DNA of 63,365 nt, counting the filler, from Reticulomyxa filosa (Eukaryota; Protista; Foraminifera): assembly GCA_000512085.1 (NCBI GenBank). It is 27 parts of 27 records of this genome, joined end to end, with 100 filler letters (N's around TTAATTAATTAA, not from the genome) between each part and the next. Parts side by side here need not be neighbours in the genome. Positions count along the whole stretch, not along the records: positions 53,671 to 55,498 come from ASPP01011031.1; positions 55,599 to 57,992 come from ASPP01001781.1; positions 58,093 to 59,136 come from ASPP01013431.1; positions 59,237 to 60,849 come from ASPP01003978.1; positions 60,950 to 62,265 come from ASPP01050628.1; positions 62,366 to 63,365 come from ASPP01039895.1; 21 more parts are not named here. One strand, 5' to 3'. The notes under the pieces are model-generated. The model did no database searches. It was not told the origin of the DNA and worked only from the letters and a program-made list of their open reading frames with translations. Made by a program: the position numbers and the translations under genes. How positions within the stretch are numbered: position 1 is the stretch's first letter; every line of letters begins with the position of its first letter. Positions 53,711 to 63,365 of the stretch are shown here, piece by piece.

Positions 53711-54785
53711 TTAGTAAACTTGAATGCAACTTGCAACAACAACGTTAGTGTGGAAACAATAGAGATATGGTCGAATAATTTTCAATAAGTGGTCGATTTG
53801 TGACAGAGTCAACACATTGTCATCAACCCAACACAAAGCGTCCAATAAATGACTGATAAAAAATTGATTGGCGGTAAGCCAGCTTCGCGAAGACATATTT
53901 GTAAGTGCTTTTCTATCAGTATACGTTGTTGCTGTCATCGCTATCGTTGTTGTTTTTGAAAGGGGAACAGTACTGACCATGTCGTCTATTCCGTATTCTC
54001 GATATTGATAGAGATGCTTTAAAAGAGTTCGTGCAAAGGCAACAGGTCGACAAATTTGATGCTTTCCTAAAACAGCCTCTGCGTCTATGATTACATTGAC
54101 GGAATTTGCAAATACAGGCAATGATGTTTCATTCCACAATACTTGCAACAGCATTCCTAATCCATTCGACGACAATAGCAAATCGTACATGTCTTCTTCT
54201 TTGTCTTCGCAGGCCGTCAATGTTTTGCCAATCACAAACGTAGCTACCCGTCGCATATCTTCATCTCCATTTCTTTTTTTTTTTTTTTTTTGTTAAACGT
54301 ATATATGTATATGTATATACGTGTATACATATATATGTATGCATGTATGTGCACATGTAAAAATAGAAAACTCTTAAAAATGCTTCACACGTTTGAACAA
54401 AGTACTCCCATCCCAGACGCGCAAGATCTTTGGAAAAGGAAAAGTAGGTGCGCACCGATATTGCACGCACACGACCTGGCAGATGGTTTTGGACAGCCGT
54501 GTGTAGACACGACGATGTAAATAACAATCCTATTTCAGGCTGTACTCTTACTATTGCCAATAATGCAAGAAATGCATATCTTTTGATAGTAGGATCGCCA
54601 CTTGATAATCTCATACACACATCACTATACAATTTTGAGGTGAACTTTGTGTTTAGTGTATAGGCTATAAAGTCTCGAAGTCCTTGCAGGACTGTCTCGT
54701 TATCATTCGAATTTAGCTTTTTTTTTATTGAGTTCTCTGAAACGTAATTTAGTAAATCTGATGATAATTGCTTCCATCTTTGCAT
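53711..54785 (-). CDS. Adaptin N-terminal domain protein (divergent beta-adaptin, AP-3 beta-like), 3' truncated
   Basis: IKKKLNSND...LQGLRDFIA...LYSDVC...DPTIKRYAFLAL...QPEIGLL...VRAISVRT...MRRVATFVIGK follows the beta-adaptin trunk pattern. Confidence 0.65.
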
Positions 54786-55142
54786 TTTTTTTCTTTATGT
54801 GGGGAAGGGAAACTTGGTGCACTTTGTCCTAGGATCACAAAAATTTGTAAGACGTTTGAAAAAAAATCTAAACAATGTTATTTGTTGATAAAACTATAAA
54901 GTATATTTAAAAAATCAGATTTTTAGAAGTTAATAAGAACAGTTGTTATGCTTGTCAATAAACACCTTGCGTTCCATATTGGAAAAAATTAACAAAAAGC
55001 AAAAAACGGAATTGTAAAATTCTTTCCAAAAGAAAAGTAATAAAAAAGAAATGAATTTTGTACAAATTTTTTCAATTCAACGAATAGAAGAAACAACAAC
55101 AAAAAATCAAAACACATATTATTTACAAAAAGAAAATATTAG

Positions 55143-55463
55143 TTATCGAGTTTGATTTAATCTTTTTTTGTAGCTGTCACGAAGCCACTCAATTTTTCGT
55201 TTTTCTTCCTCAAACGCGTCATCACTTTCTTTTTTTTCTTTTTCCAATTTTTTAAGAAGTTTATCAAACGTTTTTTCAAAGGCCTGATCCTTCTCTTCAA
55301 AGAAATCTTCAGTGATCGATTCAATTTCAAGCTGTTTCTTCGAGTCATCAAATCCTTCCAAAATCAGTGCAAACACTAGTTGAGTCGCCAGCCACACCAC
55401 TACGAGCATGAACAATACAAAGTACAGCACCGCATAATTGTTGGTCGCCAATACATGAACATC
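55143..55463 (-). CDS. Last exon of a voltage-gated-type cation channel (S6 helix plus coiled coil)
   Basis: YAVLYFVLFMLVVVWLATQLVFALILEGF resembles the S6 pattern YF..F........NL..A.I...F, followed by a charged coiled coil and a stop. Confidence 0.55.
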   Translation of the reverse strand, partial: DVHVLATNNYAVLYFVLFMLVVVWLATQLVFALILEGFDDSKKQLEIESITEDFFEEKDQAFEKTFDKLLKKLEKEKKESDDAFEEEKRKIEWLRDSYKKRLNQTR

Positions 55464-55598
55464 TGTTTTTACGTATCAAAAAAAAAAAAAAAAAAAGGNN
55501 NNNNNNNNNNNNNNNNNNNNNNNNNNNNNNNNNNNNNNNNNNTTAATTAATTAANNNNNNNNNNNNNNNNNNNNNNNNNNNNNNNNNNNNNNNNNNNN

Positions 55599-57294
55599 TT
55601 GGTGGAAGCAACAATCATTTATTATTTATCACTTATTTTTTTTTAAATATTAGCGTGTTTAATTTAAATACATTTCAATTTATTAAACATGATACTTTAC
55701 CAATTAATGATTGTACTAACTATCATTGTTTTATATCAAGTTCAGAAAACGGACAAGGACAAGAAATGATGAAAACAAATCAACAAAAAAATAAACAAAA
55801 TTATCAAATGCTGTTATTTTGTAGAAAGATAGGATTATCAATTGGATATGACGAAGATAACAATAATTTTAAAATTTGTCGATTACCTGTTTGTAAGGGT
55901 ATTGCAAAATTCTATTATTATGCATATGTATGTGTAAATGATATCATCTTGTTCTTTGGTGGCCAATATTATAAAAAAAAATAATAATATTGTCTCAAAA
56001 TCAGTGCACAAGTATTCAATACAAGGAAAAAAATGGACTACATTTAAAGATATATTGCCTATTCCATTGCGTTATTGTTGTGGGCTATTAAATGAAGACA
56101 GCAGTCATATATATACCATTGAAGGATATAATAGTGAACGTTATAAATTGACACATATGAAAGTAAGATTGAGTGAATTGATAGGTCATATACAGGTAAG
56201 CTTTCCTTTTGTAATGAATTATATTATACAAAACAATCAACAGCCAAAAAACGAAATAAAAAGCGTTATTCAACATTGGGTTCGAATTTTAAAGATAAGA
56301 TTAGGATGGATTGATGATTTTAATAAAATTATTATCAAATATGTTAAGTAGTGTTTATATATTACATAAATGACTCGGTAACTTATTTAACTTACATTTT
56401 CAACAGGCAAAAGGTTTTGGATTGTTAACTGTTTTACAAGGACATGACAGTACGGTGAACAGTGTACGATTTTCGGCAGATGGTCTCAAGATAGTTTCAG
56501 CATCATATGATCACACTGTTCGAATATGGGATGTTACATCGAGAAGATTACTTCAGATTTTCAGAGGACATACTGATCGAGTATTTGCTGCAAGATTTTC
56601 ACCAGATGAAAATACTATTGTTTCATGTTCAGGTGATGGAACAATTCGATTATGGGACATTCATACAGGAAATGAGGTAATGAAATTAGAAAGTGATTCC
56701 AATAAAATATTGGATGTAAACTTTTCTCCAGATGGAAAATATATTGTTTCAGGTTTGCAAGATAATACAATACGATTATGGGATGTACATTCTGGAATAG
56801 AGATAAAACAATTGTTAGGACATTCAAGAGATATATTGAGTACACAATTTTCATCAGATGGTAAAATGATTGTATCATCATCAAGTGATAAAACAATTAG
56901 TCTGTGGGATTCACAATCTGGTGAAAGATTGAACCAGTTTGAAGGACATTCTGATCGTGTAATGTGTGCAAAATTTTCTCCAGATGGTAAATTTATTGCT
57001 TCTTGTTCATTGGATGAAACAATTCGAATATGGAATATTGCAATAGAAATAGAATGGAAAATATTGAAAGAGCATTCACATCATGTGAACGATATAAAAT
57101 ATTTTCCAGATGGCCAAACAATTGTATCGTGTTCAAGCGATAATACAATTCGATTATGGGATGTAGAATCAGGGAAGAGAATACAAATACTAGAAGTGCA
57201 TTCTCAAGCTGTGAGATGTGTTGATATATCTCAAAATGGAAATAAAATTGTATCAGGTTCTACTGATTGTACAATTCGAATTTGGGATAATTAA
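55599..57294 (+). CDS. Kelch-like repeats, helical linker and seven WD40 repeats
   Basis: YAYVCVNDIILFFGG...VHKYSIQGKKW (Kelch), IQHWVRILKIRLGWIDDFNKIIIKY, then seven (G)H...FS.DG...D.TIR.WD repeats in 56422-57294; one frameshift in the A-run near 55975. Confidence 0.88.
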
Positions 57295-57529
57295 GAGTCA
57301 CACAAATGAATACAATTTTTCTTTCTAATTGTATCTCTTTTGAATAAAATTTTCTAAAGTGAAAATTATTATTATTTTTTGAAACATTTTTTTCAAGTTC
57401 ATTTTTTGCTGTTGAAAATACTGAAAAATAACAAGTAAAAAATAATTTAAAGATAAGGAATTTGCTGCCTTCTTAAATTGAACATAAAAATATTCATTGC
57501 ACAATATCTGCATTATTTGAAAAATGAAT

Positions 57530-57850
57530 CAATTGAATATCTTCTAATATTTGACCAATGTGCAAAATTGCTTGAGAAACTTTCAATGAAATGAAAAACA
57601 ATTGAATGACACTTTCAATTGTTTAATAGATAAGTTAAATGATGAAAATGAAGCAAGTTTTGTGTATCAAAAATATGTACAATTGCATGGAAAACAATTT
57701 GATGATAATTTTCATCATTTGATGAATGGATTAAAAGATGTTTATTTATCATTTGCAGAAGCGCTGGAAATTATTTCAGTGAGATTAAACGAAAAGTAAT
57801 CGTAGGAAGTTTTCAATACCTTGATGGATATTTTGAATACAAAAATCCAT
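57530..57850 (+). pseudogene. HEAT/ARM-like repeat relic
   Basis: Repeating degenerate units CAKLLEKLS..., LNDTFNCLIDKLND, QFDDNFHHLMNGLKD and FAEALEIISVRLNEK with stops. Confidence 0.45.
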
Positions 57851-58092
57851 CCCAATTTAATGTGCAATATTTTAATCCAATGTTGTACAATTACTTGAAT
57901 CTCTTCTTCAGACTGCTTTGTTCACAAATTACATACGATAAATAAAATAAAAAAGACAACACACTTTCTGAAAGCTTGTAATAAAGCTTACCNNNNNNNN
58001 NNNNNNNNNNNNNNNNNNNNNNNNNNNNNNNNNNNNTTAATTAATTAANNNNNNNNNNNNNNNNNNNNNNNNNNNNNNNNNNNNNNNNNNNN

Positions 58093-59095
58093 AAATGAAA
58101 AAAAAAAAAAAAAAGAGTGAAAATACCCGACTCATTAAGTATTCATCCCAAGTGTTAATGACGGAATTCCACTTGCCATTGATATTGTTCTGCAAACTGA
58201 TTCCAATATCTTGTTTATTTTTTCGTCGAATCACCCAATGCCTGCCTGTTCTTATGGCCCTTCTAGCCTTTGCCGCGGCGCAATTGCAAGCACGATTGCA
58301 GGCGTGTTTGATGTCTTGCACGCCCCAAATCGGAAACGGGATTACAAAGTCGAATGTCAGCCATTTCTTGGCTTGTTTGGGTTCGGCTATGCCTATACTG
58401 GGATAGTTGTTTTTTATCGAATTACGGCTCTTGCTATCGACTTCATTTGGTGGAGACAACAGGGCTCTATTTTTCTCTGCCTCTGCTGTTTTCTCTTCCA
58501 ATCCTGCCACTCGAAATCGTAGTCCATTCAACTCTTGCAATACAACACTAAGTCTTGTTTTTTTTTTTTTTTTTTAACATTGTTCCAAATGACATCTTTA
58601 CAATAACACTCTTTTTGCAATCATTCTTTTTTTTTTCTTCCCTCTCCTTCTCTCTCTCTTTATCTCATCAAGAGGGGAAAGAAAAACAAGTTATACGTAG
58701 GACGTAGCTCAGTAGTCAATTTCTTGACATCCTTTTCCAAACTGACACATTTCGAACATGTTTGAACTGGTGAGGCAGTATCCCAAACCTGTTTAAAGAC
58801 AGTCAGCTCTGATAACAAATTGAATGTATTGAAGTAATTGTAAACCACAATATACAAAAATGATAAATGTAGCTTTTTTTTTTTTTTTTTTTTTTTTGAA
58901 ATGTAGTATAAACTCGATTCATCCGCAACCATGCCCGTCTTTTGGTCCATACGTCGGATTTCTTTTGTCCCAGTTCCCCATCGGAAAGACACTCTGTTTG
59001 AAGCAGTTGGAACTCCTTTTCTTCGGTTTCTTTCAACTGCTTTAACATGTGATGCAACGATGGTGTTGACCGCACGCGGCGACCGTCTATCCAAA
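58093..59095 (-). CDS. Uncharacterised multi-exon protein fragment with coiled coil
   Basis: Open segments 58125-58545, 58700-58810 and 58910-59090 between poly-A/T introns. Confidence 0.45.
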
Positions 59096-59236
59096 CGGAA
59101 AAAAAGGAGGGGGAAAAAAAAAAAAAAAAAAAAGTCNNNNNNNNNNNNNNNNNNNNNNNNNNNNNNNNNNNNNNNNNNNNTTAATTAATTAANNNNNNNN
59201 NNNNNNNNNNNNNNNNNNNNNNNNNNNNNNNNNNNN

Positions 59237-60849
59237 TTTTTTTTTTTTCTATTTTGTTTGCGATTGATATATTCTTCTTGCTTATTTCGAATTCGAATGA
59301 TTGACAACAGCTGATAGACGATATCCGTTGAAACTTGCAAATGAAGACAGTCCTTGGTTATATTGGAGTGACTTTCAAGTGGCTCCCAACTTTGAATTAT
59401 TGTGCAATATATTCGATATAGAAAGAAAAGTTGCAACTGCCACCATTCCTGCCTCTTCTCAAGTCATTGTTATAGAAGAACAGTCGTTGCGAAAAAGTAT
59501 GGCAATATTAAATCGTATGACGGGGACATCAATCACCAATACCAGAAATACAGAAATTTTAGAACATTTGATTCGCGAAGTCAAGGACGAATCATCTCTC
59601 CATTTTGCTGTAACTATTGTGAAAGACTTAAATACACAACTTGCTCCCTTCGAATCTGACATCAGTGATGCATCGATTGATATTACTTCAAAGTTGGATC
59701 AACTCGATGCGACTCGCGAACAAGTATTAACACATATATATTTTTTGTTTTTATATTTTCTGTAATGTAAAAAAAGACAAACACACACACACACACACAA
59801 AATGAATAACTATAAATTTAGGTGTATCAAGCGCTATTTGTATGCACACTTTGGAAAGAGTGGGACATGAGACAATGGTTATCTGCAAAACAATTTTTTG
59901 TTGTGATTAGCACTCTTTCCAAAGAGAAACTAGCAAAGCAACTTTGTCTTTCTATCCAAGAGATCTTAACGCACAATCTTTCTGTGTTTGACGATGACAA
60001 TGGAATTGCATCGCGTGACAATATGGAAAAAGGGCTTTGCTGTGCATTTGATAAATTTATGCTAATTCCATGTTTCAATTACTTGGCCTTGTCAAAGCGG
60101 ATGACTCAACAAAAAGAATTTGTACAAAACATTAACTTTGAAGCTGATAAATTATGGACAATCGACGAAAAGGTTTTGGAAGAGGTTATCGCCTTGGACT
60201 TACGCTTGCGCACCGCTGAATCTCCTCCTGACATTTTTATTGAAAATTATTTGGTTATTTTATTGCAGTGCTGTCCTCAGTATACTGAACTCACTGTACA
60301 ATTATTACTCGACAAAGCCAACAAAAATATAAAAAATCAAGAGCTAACTCGGATATTGCAATTGATATGGACAGTTTTGTCATTTGTTTATGCGTGTGCG
60401 TTCATTCATTCATTCATTTATCCTTGACAACTCTACATTGTTTTGTTTGCATCCAATAATAAATGCACAAAAGAAAGACGAAGAGGACAAAAAAAATGAA
60501 AAAACAAGTTTAACATGGAACATATTGCATTTTCTCTTAAAAGATAAAAAAAAACGTGCCTATTGGATTGAATTATTAGCAAATTCGAGTATAATAAGTG
60601 ATCATAATCTCTTTTTGAAATTACTCCAAGATTCACTCCAAGGCTGGTTACATGGCACAGAGGAAAAGAAGGGAGATGCTAAAAACGTACCATTTCACTC
60701 CAAAGTAATTGAATTGGTGTCCTCGGATACATTTGCAAAGGCCAAATCATATCATCAATGTTTGATAGAAAGTGTGGATGAAAGATCTCGAGAATTATGG
60801 CTAACCAACAAGAAATGGACTTCAGAGGAAATTGGAAAAGTAAATTGGG
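59237..60849 (+). CDS. Internal fragment of a large alpha-helical protein, unidentified
   Basis: Three long consecutive exons (about 59290-59723, 59822-60372 and 60473-60849) with short GT-AG introns; no motif recognised. Confidence 0.6.
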
Positions 60850-61494
60850 NNNNNNNNNNNNNNNNNNNNNNNNNNNNNNNNNNNNNNNNNNNNTTAATTA
60901 ATTAANNNNNNNNNNNNNNNNNNNNNNNNNNNNNNNNNNNNNNNNNNNNAAGAATTGGAAAATTATTCGAATGAATGAAAAAAAAGAAAACAATCGATTG
61001 AAGATTGCATTCATGTTGTTTTTTTTTTGTTTTCAAACAAAAAGATATCAATCAAATTTAGTGATTGAAAAGTCCTTTTTTACTTTTTTTCAAGTAACGG
61101 GAAAAGAATCTGTGATCTGTCACATTCATAATTTCCTTTATGAGTGTTTTTTTGTTGCATTTACTTTTCTCATTTTTTGTTCATTTGTTGCGTTAACCCC
61201 CGTTTTAGATCGAAGCCATCTAAAATAATATATCAAATGTTCTTTTTACTACATTGATGTAGTATAAAATACTATTATTCTCTTGTTCCCTTAAAAGGGA
61301 AAATTCTTCACTTTCTCGTCACGTTATAGAATAATTACAGAGAAACACAACAAAACGTTTGATAAATCATACATCAAACTGAGTTTTGTGTATCGTCATT
61401 CACACGAGTTTCGTACTGCAAAAGAAAATTTCGAAATGCTTTCTTTATTTAAAAAAAAAATTAAACGAAAAGTCCAAAACACGGATGCAAACAT

Positions 61495-62265
61495 TCCCGT
61501 GACGACCACACGACCACCACTTGGCCCGCTGACATTTCCGCTAGAACCATCAAAATTGCCCATATTGAGCATTCCTCCTGGCATGCCACTAGCTCCTTCA
61601 ATTCTCAAATTCTTCTAATTCGGCATTTGGATTTGCATCAACCCATTCAGTCGGTTTCTTTGATTGCTTTTTCAACTTTTGAACGATTTGTTTCTTTTAT
61701 CTGCTCTTTGGCTTTGCATTTTTCAGCCTATTCCACATTGAGTCTTAATCTTCTCATTACTATCTTATTTTGGGTAATATCCAATTTAAATTCTCCTAAA
61801 TTAGTGTCACCCAGCTGTTGCCTTTACTTCAAATACCCCATCATCAACAGATAACAAAACACATCAAAGGTGCGATCACACAAATCAAAGATCAATACAT
61901 TTCGTTCTTTTGTGGTTGCTGACGCAATAATTTTAATCCTGCATCTTTTGTTACTTGTCTTTGATCATCATTAAAGTATGCTTGAACTATTACGACTGCA
62001 TTACTTACTGGACAACACAAACACGATTCAGAAATTCTTTTAATGTATTGTAACACCATTGACGAAATTTCTTTTGCGAAAAATCAATATTTCAATTCTT
62101 TTACTACTTTAAATGGTCCACAATTTCATATCAACTTCAACTACTGAATCATCAAATTTATTTTTATTATATATATATGTATATAAAAGTAAATAAAGAT
62201 CATAAAAAAAAAAGTGCAAAAAAAAAAAATTTCTAACTTTCTTCCGATTAATCGTTTTGAATCAA
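61495..62265 (-). pseudogene. HSP70: Second cytosolic HSP70 pseudogene, internally deleted
   Basis: DSKRLIGRK, intron 62237-62158 with its acceptor mutated to [48 protein letters not shown]...DANPNAELEEF and GMPGGM. Confidence 0.9.
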
Positions 62266-63365
62266 NNNNNNNNNNNNNNNNNNNNNNNNNNNNNNNNNNN
62301 NNNNNNNNNTTAATTAATTAANNNNNNNNNNNNNNNNNNNNNNNNNNNNNNNNNNNNNNNNNNNNCACTTAAAAAACAACTTCGTTGACTAAAAGACTAT
62401 TAATTATATTCACCTTCGAGTCAACGTCGAAACCTTTTCACAAACATTTTTCAAAACACAACTGTACATGATATTGAAATCGATTTGTCAAATATTATAT
62501 ATATATATAGCATTGTGTAGAATATATTTGTTTTGTGACAGCTTGATTTAACTGACACAAAACAATATTCAACAAAGCGATAAATATTTACATTTTATAT
62601 TCCAAATAAGATTGGACAATTGCAGTTTGATAAACAAAATCAAAATAAATTATTAACAACTTAAAAAAAAATTACACGTAAAAACGAAAAAAGATTATGC
62701 ACAAAATTTGTGATAATTCGAATTTACAAAAATTCAAATATAAAACATTTAAATTGATTTATACGAACGTCAATAACTTTTTTTTACCAAATTTATATGT
62801 TGCTATAAAGCTTTGTGTACATTTTGATTATCAAAGTTTTCAAAAAACTATTTTTAAAGAACAAACAAGCAATTTTAATTTTTTTTTGATAATAAGTTTA
62901 AAAAAAACAAACGTATATAAAATTTAAATTTAAATCGATATAAATCGTAAAATAAACACAAAGTTTACATTGTTTTCTTAGATATTATATTAACTCAAAG
63001 TCATTATAAAATAAAATTGTTTTCATGCAAATATTAGTCGATATTGCTATTTTATGATGACTTAATTGTCTTGGATCTTTGCATTGACATTTTGTATTGC
63101 GTCATTATGCTAAACGAAACTGTTCAGAATAAATGCAAACAATCATATTCAAGTTTAAGGTAAGTCACGATATAATATACTAACATTTGCATCGACATTT
63201 TTTACTTTTCTTTTTTTTGAACCAACAAACTTTTTCTTTAGAAAAACTCTTACATCTTGGTCCCCCGTTTTTGGTAACACTTTGGTTTGTCTAATCAAAA
63301 TTACAATAAGAACTTGTTTGAAATTTGTTGTAAAGCAATACAATTTCAGATACAATCTCTTTACA

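Noticed and set aside
63180-63225. Third HSP70 3'-flank copy
   Set aside because: Similarity to 61455-61495 is short and AT-rich, with no HSP70 coding remnant in that contig.

Overview
This window is not one locus. It is 27 short, unordered contigs joined by 26 identical artificial 100-nt spacers (N44-TTAATTAATTAA-N44), so adjacency across a spacer has no biological meaning. Twenty-six contigs are AT-rich, intron-containing eukaryotic DNA with poly-A/T and (TA)n/(CA)n introns and many homopolymer frameshifts. The Kelch/WD40 protein with a WIDDFNKIIIKY motif and the heavy pseudogene load resemble the foraminiferan Reticulomyxa filosa (inference). Recognisable genes or fragments: PEX6, PXMP4, an MFS transporter, eIF4G (with PAM2 and eIF4E-binding motifs), anoctamin/TMEM16, a USP deubiquitinase, PUB- and PXA-domain proteins, an LRR protein, an SCP/FCP1-type phosphatase, a beta-adaptin-like protein, an ion-channel C-terminus and a Kelch-WD40 protein. 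Relics: two HSP70s, a kinesin motor, a KIF15/HMMR-like tail, a DEP plus mercuric-reductase-like fusion, a Tc1 transposon and a nest of RNase H-bearing LINE fragments. One contig (8149-9329) is GC-rich, intron-free and bacterial in character. It encodes a Pycsar-effector-like (PycTM/DUF5706) membrane protein with no visible cyclase, followed by a truncated ScoMcrA-head-like gene; this is the best candidate for an undescribed anti-phage arrangement.
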